Both the position numbers and the translations under genes were made by a program. This document shows, one piece after another, positions 37,574 to 48,800 of a stretch of DNA of 64,000 nt. The notes below the pieces were generated by a model, which did no database searches, was not told the origin of the DNA, and saw nothing but the letters and a program-made list of their open reading frames with translations. This DNA is from a virus. Position 1 is the stretch's first letter. The number at the start of each line of letters is the position of its first letter. The stretch is taken from the IMG/VR virus record IMGVR_UViG_3300020473_000017; one strand, written 5' to 3'.

Positions 37574-40500
37574 TTACGCAAGAGCAATTGCTCTGAAATC
37601 TTTAACTCTAGGTATGTATGGTTGCTCGTAAGCAAGAAGACTGATCTTCACTTGGAAACCATCAAACTCAGGTGCATCATCCACAGTATACTCATAATCA
37701 GTAAACGTTGTCAAGTCGTTCTGTGGAACTAATTGACCGTTATCTGGTACACCTGTACTATTGAAGAATTGGAAGTCAAGATCATCAACATTACCTGAAT
37801 ATCCAACAGGTATCAATTTATACATCAATACAATCTTAGATTGTGTCCAAGTATTAGCAGCAAGCATAACCTTAAGTCCACTGGCACTCTTATCCATTCT
37901 TGCTGCCTTAGTAATATAGTTAGCAGCACATTCTCCACCAATACCTGACGTAGGTTCGATGTTATTAATAATCTGCGCCGATGTTAAAGTAGCGATAGCA
38001 GTTATATCGACTACTGGAGATAGATGTGTTACCTCTGTCTCAAGATCTAATTCCATAGTAAAGGACTTAACATTGCTCATCCTATTAACTTCATTAAGTT
38101 GATTAGCAATAACCTTAGTCTTAGGGAAATAGTTTTCTTCATTAATTGTTACATCCGACCATGCAATATCTTTAATGAATGAAGTCTCTAATCCAGCATT
38201 TGATCCAGCAGAATCAGGACCACATGAGGTTGCTTGAGTACCTTTAACTCTACTAATAATACTACATTGTGGTTGTGTTTGATTATTAACCAATGGAGTA
38301 ACAACATCCCATGCAACGTTTTGAGAAGCAGTCATTGATGTACCACCACCAGCCATAGTTGTTAGAGCTTTCTTACCACTAACCTGTATCTTATAACTAT
38401 GTGGACTGTTAAGTGTCAAAATAGATGTATGAGTCTTGTTAATATCCGTTAATGGAATACCATTAATATTATAACACTGTACAATTGCACCAGTAGAATG
38501 TTCTTTACCATTTGTAGATCCACTAGTACCATTATGATTTCTAGGTTGAGAAGAAATAAAGTTTATTGTGTTTCCAGAAATTCCTTTATATGCAATAATT
38601 TCATCACCACTACCATCTGCAGCTGTACCTAAGATTTTAATAAATCCAGGAACTGAATCACTTACTGCGTTACCACTTGGATTTCCAGAAGTTCCATACA
38701 TTGTAGTATGGAATAATGATGCATCATCTACTGTACAACTAGTTCCTGTCAAGGTAACTCCAGATGAAAGAGTTGTATCTGGTACTTCAGAAGCTACTCC
38801 AGTCAATTCCAAGTAATTAAGAGTTGATTGCATACCATGATTACCATGGAATACTCTAATAGTATCATCCTCTGCAGTGAATTGTAGTGCATTAGGTAAA
38901 AGACCTAAGTAACCACCATTAGATTCACCAAGTTGTGCATTCTCTAGTACAAGTTTACTATTAGCTGCTGTGGTTGGTTTTGTAAATTCTGCTCTGAAAA
39001 TCTTGAACATTAAATCTTCATATTGAGAAGGTGTCCAAGTAGATGCGTTCTGTGACTTGAATAGTACACCGATATATGGCTGTTCAGATATCTTCTCACC
39101 AGCATGGGCAGCATCAATAGCATCCTTACCTAGGATAGAGATGAATACCTTATATTGGTTAGAATCTGAAGTCAATACAATAGCATGTTCCTGTCTGAAT
39201 GGAATGTATACTGGAGATGGGAATGTAAACGTAGTAGGTTTAGATGCATCTACAGATGTAAATACGTCTACAGGTTTCTTAACTACCTTAGAGAAAGGTA
39301 CAATCTTTTGAGTTGGATTACCATTAACGACAGTTCTAACATCAAGAGATACTGGAATTTCTTCATCCTTAGTATTGAAGAATATATCAATCTTAGTTAA
39401 GAATACACCACCCTCAAGAGCAGCATCTTCAATCAAGAATGTTTGTGCTAATGGGTCACAGTGTCTAGTCTCTGTAGCACTTGTACTACTGCTACTGGTT
39501 AATGTTCTAGAATCACTCATCTCTTCTGTAGTGACCTTAGCATTTCTTACAGAAATAATATCTTCTTGAGTAGTTTGATGAATACCAGATGATGAAAATT
39601 CTGCTTCAGCATTAGAATCTGAGAACCCTATTACCTTACTATCAGTTTCATCATCAGTAATTCTGAATAGTTTAGTACCAGTCTTAAATGTAAGATTACC
39701 TGCTTTATTAGGAGTATCAATAAAGAATGAAGCACTGAAACTACCTGACTTATCACTAATTAAATCTTTATTTGATACTTTAGCAATAGCACCTGAAGTT
39801 TCTCCAATAAGATAATCATTAATCTTAGGAGATCCATAGTAACTACCCTTCGCTTGATCTGCAAGAGCATGAGTATCAATATTGATGAATCCTAAGTTAG
39901 AAGTATAATCACTAGTTCCACTAATATCTGTACCGTCTAGTGGGTTAATAGAATACTGTTCATTTGGTGCAGAAACTCTAGCTTTAAATCTAAATGCATT
40001 CTGTCCCTTCTGAGTACTTACATTCCCCTTCTTAACATAAACAGTTTCACCAATCTGGAAAGGAATACTATTTGTTTTAGCATCAGTAGTAGGATCCTTC
40101 ACAAGTCCCATTATCTTAGGTGTGATTAACTTCTTAGGTAGTGCAATACCATCAAAGAATGCATAGAACTTGGTTCTTGGTTTTAATTTTTGACAAGCAA
40201 ACTCAATGTTCCTAGAACGCATAAACTGAATATGATCAACAGATACAACCTTATCTCCAAGAGATGTACTTTCTATTACTGGAGTTATCTTATATCTAAT
40301 ACCACTTCTAGTTTGTTTAGTAGTCTTAGTAGTTGTAGTAGTAATAGTTCTTGACTGTTTCTTCTTAGCACTATGCCTCCAAGCACCAACTTTCTTACTA
40401 ATACTTGTACCAGTCCAAGTAGTCTTCCATGAGTTCCACTGAATAGGAGTAAATCCATTCTGGTCAGCATTATATTCTCTGATAGTTGTTAAGAAGTTAC

Positions 40501-43500
40501 CTTCAACAATTGTTTCTTTAACCTTACCTAATTTTGTAGTATCTACCCAATTATCCTGTTCTGGATATAGGTTAATATCACCAACATATGTGAATACGTT
40601 AAATGGGTTTACATTCTCAACACCAGATGCAAATGGTTGATCAAGTAAAACTGTATCATTATAAGGAAGTGTTACTAGGTCACCAGTTGTTCGTACATTA
40701 GTAGATGATGTTGAATAAACAAGAGGTATAGTAGTTGTAAAGTGAGAAGGTCTTAACTGTCCTTCTTCAAAGTCAAGAGATACCCTATAATCTAAATGTA
40801 AGGTATCACTGGTTGCAAAACTAGAGAAATTATCTACAACAAATCCATTCTTGAATCTGCTAAGACCACTGGTATCTCTAATCTCCATAGCAGCAGTCTC
40901 ACTTTCAAGTAATGAAAGTTGAGTATAATATTCTAAAGTCTTGATTCTATCTTCAAGGAACTGAATATCTTTAAATGTATATCGCTTATAATTTGTTTCT
41001 TTAATATCAATATCTTTCTCAACATCAAAAACATATGGTCTATATGTTAATGTTGCCAATAACATTGCATCTTCAACATTCTCTGGTTCAACTGGATTTG
41101 ATCCTGGAGCACCCTTTGCAATCTGAACAACATTATCTTTGTTCATAAAGACTTTATCAATCCTTGGAAGATAATATTGTAAACTTAAAATAGTAGTATC
41201 ACCTATTCCAGGAACTCCAATCACATTACCAGTAAAGGATCTTGATGAATAATCAAAAAATTCTGTTCCATTTAATGTCCATGGAGAAGCAACAGATCCA
41301 GAACCAGAAAGCTTCTCAACTACCTGTGGTCTAAAATCTATAGCATCCCTTAATGGTTGCTCATCGTAAGTTGGGATTATCTTATAATCAACTTCAGCAT
41401 ATGAATCTACTGTATAAGGATTGATACCAGCAGTAGTAAGGAAACGGTCAAAGATTACTAAAACTTGATGTGTAGGTGCTGCATAGTTAGGTTTTCTAAC
41501 AAGACTTGAGTAATCATAGAACTGATCTCTCATTCCATTATCTAAATCATAACTATCAGTTATATCCTTTGCACCAGTAACTATTTGCCCTGTGACAATT
41601 TTAAAAGTGGCAGAAGGGGATGTAATAGTCTCAGCATCTGTAAATTTATCGTCATCTACTGGAATAAAGTATACTTTATTGTTTGTACTGTCATATGAAA
41701 CAACTCTTGCTCTAGAACCAGAATCATCACCTGTAAGAACATCATCTACAGATATAGTACCAACTAAATTGGTAAACTGTAGGTTGGGTACCATCTCATT
41801 GAGAGTAGCAGATGAATTGTTAGATTCATATATTGCTTTAATCTTGAATACATCACTACAACCTAAAGATATCCTAGCATCATCTACTCTGTATCCATAT
41901 CCATCATTCTCAGCATTCTCTTGAGTTAATCCATTAACACCTGCAACTACACTCTTATTGAGTTTGAGGATCTTCATCCTTTCAGTAGTTTTTGCTTTTG
42001 CAGATCTATTAGATGCATAGACTGTAGCAATTACATCAATAGTTTGTCCATTAGTAAGACCAGTTACTGTGACAGTCTGTACGTTAGCTGACGAACCACT
42101 AAATCCAGGTGCTTGGAATATATCACCTTCATTAGTACCACCAGTAACAGACATAATGAAGTCATCATTATCTGCAGCATTCTTGAATACAAGTCCAGCA
42201 CCAGCATCAAATGAATGGGTTGTTCCTGATACTGAACCACTAATAGTTTTTCTAAAGTATCCAGCTGGATTAACGGTATTATCCTTATTAGTATTCTTTA
42301 CTGCATCAAACCCAAGCGGAGTAATAAGCTTATTCTTTTGTGCTTCCTTAATCTCAGCACGAGATCTAATTATAGAACTAGTAATAGATCCTGTAGCCAT
42401 TGCAGCTGCACCAGAACCACCAGCCTTAATAACATCCATTACATAGGCATCAGTAATACCAGTAACTTTAACCTTCTGTGCAACACTGTTGTTGGAGAAT
42501 TCAATGATGTCTCCTACTTTTAGTTGACTTTGGAAATTAGAAAGCTGTGCTGTAATTGTAGCAGTCTGTGTAGCACCACTACTTCCAAGGTTTGAAATAA
42601 TAGCAGCAGATCCAGGAAGTGCAACTCTTACATCTAATCGTGCATCAGCACAACCATTAGTACCATACTTATAAGATTTTACATCACGAAAATCGTAAAC
42701 TGTAGCAGCAGAAGCACTATTAGCTAATTGTCCTAGTTGAGTTCCACTATTTGCTTTGTTTAGGTCTAAATACTCATTCTGAGTAAAAGTACCTGTTACA
42801 TCAATAAGATTTCCAAAATTAGATGCAGAACCGCCATTAGCATCAACTGCTACGTATCCAGTAGCACCTGAAGTTCTACCTACAACAAAATCACCTATAT
42901 GCCAGTTTGCATTAGATTGAGTTTCTAATTTAGTATAGAATTTTGTATCTAATATATTAACTCTATAAACTGTAGTAGCAGTATTAACAGTACCTGATTC
43001 ATAAGCAGAATTAAGTACTCTAGTTCTACCAATAGGATTACCAGCAGGAGAACCTGGCGTAGTTATTATTTCATCTCTAAGTTCAATATCTTCATATATT
43101 GTAGGTAATTCAGAAGTATTAGTGAAGAAAACATAGTTACCAACATCAGTTGTAATAGACTGATTATCAGAACCTGTAAAAGTTCTTGGCTTATCAACAT
43201 CCTTATATGTTGTAGATAATCTTTCTGTTCTATATCCAGAGACATATGCAGAACCTGAAGATAATTGAACAGCAATATTAGCTTCATCTGCTGTATTGCC
43301 ATCTGCAGTAGTTACACCTGCTGCATATACACCATTATTAAAACCATCATCAAGATTCTCTCTTGCATCTATAGTAAATTTCTTAACATAATAGTCACCA
43401 GATTCTTCTTTAGTTCTAGTTGCAAGAACCTCATTAATGAATCCAAGGTCACTTCTTTCTACTTTCTTTTGAATCTTACCAGTATTAGTTCTTAAAAGTT

Positions 43501-44317
43501 CAATAAAGTCAGCAGAGTTAGGATCTGTAGTTGCTTTTTTAACTAATGTAAGATTAATTTTAAATCTATCTGCACCTGGAGCAGAGAAGTTTGTACTACC
43601 AATTGCATTATCATATAGAGATGCATCTTCATCAGCAGTTATGATCTTCTCTTCTACTTTTAAACCAACTTTATATGATGGATTAGTACCATATTGGTCT
43701 AAAATTAGAGTCTGTTCATTTACAGGAACAAAATATCCTCTAACGTAATAAACACCAGCACCAACATTAGCAGTAGAACCCTTAGAGTTAGAATTAGAAT
43801 TTAAAAGCTGTGCAAGAGGAGTTCCAGCAGCAATAGTTGTAGAAAGATATGTTATATCTGTCTCACAAGTAAGTGTTTCACCGTCGGTGAAGGTTGTTGT
43901 AATATTATCGTTTGCTTTTTGTAGATAATTTATATAAAATGTTATCTGATTCTTGGTTGATGTAGAGGAACTAATAGAAAATAGGACACGACCACGAACA
44001 CCAGAGGTAGATCCTTTAATTACTAATCCATCAAGAGCAGTTCTGTATAATTCTACATCTAAATTCAAATAAGAATTATTGATTATAACACATGCAACAT
44101 CATTGTTCAGAGTAATACCACCAGGAATTACTTGAGCACCTTCTTTATATACACCCTGACCGAAAGTATCGATCTGGTTTTGCATTAAACTCTGGAGAGT
44201 TGTTAGCTCCCTTGCCTGTACAGGATATCCAGGTTTAAATAGGACTTTTAAAAAGCCCTTACTCGAATCAAAGTCGTCGTAGTAAGGAGCAATATTCAGG
44301 TTCGTGTTCTGTGCCAT
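37574..44317 (-). CDS. VrlC-like (DUF4815-type) large virion structural protein, 2247 aa
   Basis: NLNIAPYYDDFD...KVLFKPGYPVQARELT.LQ, APGADR, RIKTLEYYT.LSLLE, RFKNGFVVDNF, DPLAQTF and FKSQNASTW. Confidence 0.85.
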   Translation of the reverse strand: MAQNTNLNIAPYYDDFDSSKGFLKVLFKPGYPVQARELTTLQSLMQNQIDTFGQGVYKEGAQVIPGGITLNNDVACVIINNSYLNLDVELYRTALDGLVIKGSTSGVRGRVLFSISSSTSTKNQITFYINYLQKANDNITTTFTDGETLTCETDITYLSTTIAAGTPLAQLLNSNSNSKGSTANVGAGVYYVRGYFVPVNEQTLILDQYGTNPSYKVGLKVEEKIITADEDASLYDNAIGSTNFSAPGADRFKINLTLVKKATTDPNSADFIELLRTNTGKIQKKVERSDLGFINEVLATRTKEESGDYYVKKFTIDARENLDDGFNNGVYAAGVTTADGNTADEANIAVQLSSGSAYVSGYRTERLSTTYKDVDKPRTFTGSDNQSITTDVGNYVFFTNTSELPTIYEDIELRDEIITTPGSPAGNPIGRTRVLNSAYESGTVNTATTVYRVNILDTKFYTKLETQSNANWHIGDFVVGRTSGATGYVAVDANGGSASNFGNLIDVTGTFTQNEYLDLNKANSGTQLGQLANSASAATVYDFRDVKSYKYGTNGCADARLDVRVALPGSAAIISNLGSSGATQTATITAQLSNFQSQLKVGDIIEFSNNSVAQKVKVTGITDAYVMDVIKAGGSGAAAMATGSITSSIIRSRAEIKEAQKNKLITPLGFDAVKNTNKDNTVNPAGYFRKTISGSVSGTTHSFDAGAGLVFKNAADNDDFIMSVTGGTNEGDIFQAPGFSGSSANVQTVTVTGLTNGQTIDVIATVYASNRSAKAKTTERMKILKLNKSVVAGVNGLTQENAENDGYGYRVDDARISLGCSDVFKIKAIYESNNSSATLNEMVPNLQFTNLVGTISVDDVLTGDDSGSRARVVSYDSTNNKVYFIPVDDDKFTDAETITSPSATFKIVTGQIVTGAKDITDSYDLDNGMRDQFYDYSSLVRKPNYAAPTHQVLVIFDRFLTTAGINPYTVDSYAEVDYKIIPTYDEQPLRDAIDFRPQVVEKLSGSGSVASPWTLNGTEFFDYSSRSFTGNVIGVPGIGDTTILSLQYYLPRIDKVFMNKDNVVQIAKGAPGSNPVEPENVEDAMLLATLTYRPYVFDVEKDIDIKETNYKRYTFKDIQFLEDRIKTLEYYTQLSLLESETAAMEIRDTSGLSRFKNGFVVDNFSSFATSDTLHLDYRVSLDFEEGQLRPSHFTTTIPLVYSTSSTNVRTTGDLVTLPYNDTVLLDQPFASGVENVNPFNVFTYVGDINLYPEQDNWVDTTKLGKVKETIVEGNFLTTIREYNADQNGFTPIQWNSWKTTWTGTSISKKVGAWRHSAKKKQSRTITTTTTKTTKQTRSGIRYKITPVIESTSLGDKVVSVDHIQFMRSRNIEFACQKLKPRTKFYAFFDGIALPKKLITPKIMGLVKDPTTDAKTNSIPFQIGETVYVKKGNVSTQKGQNAFRFKARVSAPNEQYSINPLDGTDISGTSDYTSNLGFINIDTHALADQAKGSYYGSPKINDYLIGETSGAIAKVSNKDLISDKSGSFSASFFIDTPNKAGNLTFKTGTKLFRITDDETDSKVIGFSDSNAEAEFSSSGIHQTTQEDIISVRNAKVTTEEMSDSRTLTSSSSTSATETRHCDPLAQTFLIEDAALEGGVFLTKIDIFFNTKDEEIPVSLDVRTVVNGNPTQKIVPFSKVVKKPVDVFTSVDASKPTTFTFPSPVYIPFRQEHAIVLTSDSNQYKVFISILGKDAIDAAHAGEKISEQPYIGVLFKSQNASTWTPSQYEDLMFKIFRAEFTKPTTAANSKLVLENAQLGESNGGYLGLLPNALQFTAEDDTIRVFHGNHGMQSTLNYLELTGVASEVPDTTLSSGVTLTGTSCTVDDASLFHTTMYGTSGNPSGNAVSDSVPGFIKILGTAADGSGDEIIAYKGISGNTINFISSQPRNHNGTSGSTNGKEHSTGAIVQCYNINGIPLTDINKTHTSILTLNSPHSYKIQVSGKKALTTMAGGGTSMTASQNVAWDVVTPLVNNQTQPQCSIISRVKGTQATSCGPDSAGSNAGLETSFIKDIAWSDVTINEENYFPKTKVIANQLNEVNRMSNVKSFTMELDLETEVTHLSPVVDITAIATLTSAQIINNIEPTSGIGGECAANYITKAARMDKSASGLKVMLAANTWTQSKIVLMYKLIPVGYSGNVDDLDFQFFNSTGVPDNGQLVPQNDLTTFTDYEYTVDDAPEFDGFQVKISLLAYEQPYIPRVKDFRAIALA

Positions 44318-45832
44318 TTAGAATTCTATGACTACTTTGATTTCTTCATTTTGATCAGCCGATCTAGTGATCGGATTTCTATTGTCTATGTAGAGCATTT
44401 CTCCAGATCCAAGTTCAATTTCTTGGTTGGCATAACCAGTTACAAATGATAATCCCAACTCATATACAGATACACCAATAGTAATCTGAGTAACAGGAAC
44501 AGAAGATGTTCCTATAGTTGCGTCAGGAGTTGCTGTATAAGCATTTTGCGAAGATGTAATCTGATTTGCGCCAGAGAATGCAATAACGTTTCCATTGACA
44601 GTACCATCAACTGAGTTTTGATAATACTTCAATACTTTAGTTGTAGAATCATATGAAACTACAAATCCTTTAGCATTCGTAGATGCTTGTGTAATACTCT
44701 CGCCAGGAGCAAAGTTTCCACTAGGAGTACCTGTACCAGCCTGAGGGAAGATCATTGCTTTAACAGCAGATCTTGTATTCTGACTACAAATTGTTGAAGT
44801 ATTGTAATCATATGGATTTAAAACAAGTCCAACTCGTCTATAAGTCAAATCATTAGGAAAATCAACAAATGCGCTACTAGTTTCTAATTTACTAGTAAAC
44901 ATAAGGCGATATGCACCTAATTCCCTAACAACATTATTTCCATGTCCACCAGAAGGAGGAATAACAACATCAAGAGATGCTCCAGTACCACTTCCAACAT
45001 TAGGAATTAAAGCAACATCAATTGTTCCAAAAGTATATCCAGAACCAGCAGTAGTGATAGTAACAGATTCAACTGAACCAGAAGTTATCTTCACAGTACA
45101 TTTTGCTTCATTTCCACCATTAATAGACCAATCACCACGAATAGGAACATCGGTATATTCTTTATTGTTATAACCAGTTCCAGCATTCTCAACAACTACA
45201 CTATCAATAGCACCTGCACCAGCAGCGGATTGTACTAATGTATTTGTTAATACTGGAATAAATTCAGAAGTAACAAACTTCAGAATATTATCAGCGTCAA
45301 TGGTGTACATATACTTCCAACGATAGGAGTATACACCAGGGCTATCACCAGTTTCTATGATAGTAGTTGATGTACCAGTTGGTTCTACCAATGAGGGTCT
45401 TCCTCTAGGGTAAACTGGATCCTGACCATTATACAAACACTTGTACACATTAAAGTCAGAGTTCATTACATAAAAATTACTGTCATAGAGCCTAGTAGCT
45501 CCATTGGCAGTAGTCTTAGTTGGTGCGTAGTCAGGCTTATACATTGAGTATGTACGTCCTACTCCACCTGTTGTCTGAGTTGGATCAACCCAATCTACTC
45601 TTGGTACTACTAAAGCAGTATCCGAGATATCTACACGCTTAAAGGCAACAGAATCAGCATATGATTCTGTTTGGTACTCAAAACTGTCGATAGGTTCACC
45701 TGCAGGTGGTACATCTGTACTACCCCAAGTCTTCGCCCTACCGACGAACATAAACACCTTATTCTGGGTTAACAAAGTATCCCTGAAGCTTTCTGCGGCG
45801 TAAATTCTAAATTTGTCAGTAACTAATGCCAT
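44318..45832 (-). CDS. gp8: Baseplate wedge subunit gp8
   Basis: FYVMNSDFNVYKCLYN, Y.WKYMYTI, R.VGL..NP and SGEMLYIDNR.PITR..DQ.EEIKVVIEF. Confidence 0.9.
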   Translation of the reverse strand: MALVTDKFRIYAAESFRDTLLTQNKVFMFVGRAKTWGSTDVPPAGEPIDSFEYQTESYADSVAFKRVDISDTALVVPRVDWVDPTQTTGGVGRTYSMYKPDYAPTKTTANGATRLYDSNFYVMNSDFNVYKCLYNGQDPVYPRGRPSLVEPTGTSTTIIETGDSPGVYSYRWKYMYTIDADNILKFVTSEFIPVLTNTLVQSAAGAGAIDSVVVENAGTGYNNKEYTDVPIRGDWSINGGNEAKCTVKITSGSVESVTITTAGSGYTFGTIDVALIPNVGSGTGASLDVVIPPSGGHGNNVVRELGAYRLMFTSKLETSSAFVDFPNDLTYRRVGLVLNPYDYNTSTICSQNTRSAVKAMIFPQAGTGTPSGNFAPGESITQASTNAKGFVVSYDSTTKVLKYYQNSVDGTVNGNVIAFSGANQITSSQNAYTATPDATIGTSSVPVTQITIGVSVYELGLSFVTGYANQEIELGSGEMLYIDNRNPITRSADQNEEIKVVIEF

Positions 45833-45852
45833 GCCTTATAAGCTTTTGTTGT

Positions 45853-45860
45853 TATTTATA
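45853..45860 (-). promoter_or_regulatory. T4-type late promoter TATAAATA
   Basis: Exact consensus overlapping the gp7 stop, 21 nt before the gp8 ATG. Confidence 0.8.
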
Positions 45861-48800
45861 ATGATCTCAGACGAACTTCTGGAAGAAGTGAGACGTTTCC
45901 GCTTGTGGTGCGCGAGAATGGATATTCAACTGTAAATGTATCTACAGCTGTGACAGTAACTTTATATGCTCCGTCAAATCCATCGCCTGAAGTATGATCT
46001 AGATATATGCTCATACCTGTTGTCAGGTTATGAGCTGCAGAAGTAGTAATTGTAGATACAGTTCCTGAAGAACTATATGTTCCTGTCTGAATGGATATTG
46101 CGAAAGCTGTAGTTCCACCGTATCCTCTACCACCTGTTGCAACTGTAAGAGTGTTAGCAGACGTGTTCTTAGAACCATATAGAATCCTTTCACATGTCCA
46201 TCCTATTACATTACCAGAACTATCTGTTGCAGGATTATAATAAGGAATTAGGACTTCTCCCTCATCAGGGAAACCTATATTCTGACTAACATCAAAGTAT
46301 ATATTCTTACAAGTTAAAGTTGTATCTACAGCAGAAATACTAGAAGCCAAATATGTATTTGCTAATGCAAGAGTATTAGAGATAATTCTATCTCTTGACT
46401 TCCTCTCTATATGTACAGGATGTACAGCAAATACAGTTGGTGGTGTTAAGTATCCAGCACCACCATTTAGATTAACAATAGAGGTTACCGTACCACTTCC
46501 AGATTGAACAACTGTCTCTGCAGAAGCACCTGTTCCACTACCACCTTGGAAATAAAGAATTGGTGGAACTTCATAATTACTACCTCCATCTAATATACTA
46601 ACTGTATCAACCTTTCCATTATTAATTGTACATTCAAAATTAGCAACGGTTGGTCGTAATCCAGTATATTCATAAGTGTCTACAGAAGTTGCACTTGATA
46701 CTGTTGCTAATAGACGATCTTCACCTTCACTCTTAACCATGACTCTATCGTTAGGATCAAGAGAATTGAAAGTATTAGAAATGAATATATCTTCTGCAGA
46801 TCCAACATAAATGTAAAGACTACATGTAGATCCTGCTCTTGGAGCTTCAAAGAATTCAATAATTGATCCGTTTAATTGATATGCAACTCCAGGTTCCTGG
46901 AATACACCATTAAGGAAGATCATTACGTTATTAGCTGGTTCAACAGAACTGTTATCACTCTGTAAGGAGAATGGTTCACTATTCAACGTCATAACAAAAG
47001 TCTTTCTAGCATTATCAAAGAAAGGAGCTATGGTATCAAGTAATTGTAATTTACCAAAGTAGAATCCATAGAAGTCCATACCACTGGTAGGTGCTTCAGT
47101 AAAGGATATTGTACTTCCTGTATATGTGTATGCTTCTGTGCTACCTTTAATCTGAAGAATACTATTCAAGAATATTAAGAAGTTATCAGATGCAGGTAAT
47201 GCATAATTACTACCAGCAACTTTAGCACTGAATATCTTATCAGTTCCATCAAATGCCACAGTACCAACTTCAACTTGGAATTCTGGGTTTGATGAAGATG
47301 TTCTGGTGATTCCAGTTAGATTACCTGCTCCACCAGAAGTGGTTCCAACTGCTTGAGTAACAATTGCAGTTAAAGTAGTAATTGCAGATGCAACATCAGT
47401 ACAATCATTAGTATCATAAGTTGCATTACCACTATCATTAGTAATAGTTAAATCTTTATACTGTGCTCCTTCTGTGTAATGGTTTGTTGTAACTGAGATG
47501 TTACGCATTACCTCGCGAGCAATATCTCTAGCATGATTGAATACTAATACAGTCTGATCTTCTTCACCTTGTAAGTGAACTGTACCAACATAGTATTTCG
47601 CTGCATCGTAAGTAGCATCATTACCACCAAACTCAATATTATTAGCAACAGCCTCAGTAATTAACTTAGTATCACGAATACACTTAACAAAACTAGGAAC
47701 AACGAATGTGCTATTAGTAGCCATCATTCTTCCATAAGCAGTTGTTGCAATAAAGTCTAAGTTTTCACGTATCAATCTACCAGCATCAGCAAGTTTGTCA
47801 TATTCATATCCACCAGATTGTACAAGAGACCTTGTGACACTATTTGCACTGGCACTTACGAACTGATGTGCAAAACCAGTCTTAACAGACCCAGGTGTTG
47901 CATTAACAAACGTATGTGTATGATCACCACCAGACTTAATAGCATTAGTAGTTGCTTGAATGAAGGTATGAGTATAATTACCTCCTGCTATGACGGCTGT
48001 AGCACCTGCTGATACAAAACTATGAGCATACTGATGAGTAATAGCAGAATCTCTATTGTTAGTATTAATCGTGATAACGCCAGTTTGCTTCTTGACGGTA
48101 GCGCGAGTAATAGAGTTACTAACTGCGGAGATAAACGTATGAGCTGTCGTATTAGTTGACGGTACACTGTTTAGAACCTGTATATCGAAAGTGTTGGTTG
48201 TGACATTGTATATCTTAACCCATTGACCGCTAATTGGATCTGTAGAACGAGGATAGTTATGGAATGAAGTATGGAAGTCCTCATTACATGTAAATCTAAA
48301 GGTATCATCATCAATCTTAATTTCATCACCAGCAATGAATCCATGATTATTAATAGTTATAGTGAATACACCTGTAAGAGGATCATAAGCAGCAACAGTA
48401 GGTGTTAACTTACCTTCGGGTACAAATGTATGAGCGTGCTGTCCATTAGGTCCAGCAACACCAACATTGATATCAAACGTATCAGTTGTAACATTTGATA
48501 CAAGCATCCATTCATCATAATTAGGATCTTCTAAAGTTGGATAACTCTTAACTGTTGCATTACTATCCTTATTACATGTGAACTTCAATGCACCTTGATT
48601 GACCTTAATATAATCACCATTAGAGAAACCATGTCCAGCAACTGTTGATGTTAGTACACCTGTACTAGGTACATATACTGCAGCAGTTACAGCATGAGAT
48701 GTATATCCAACACTCTTAATAGGAATTGGTCTATCATATGCCCAATCCTTTTTCTTCTTCAATCCATTACTAACAGCACTATCAAAGGTATGTACTGTTA

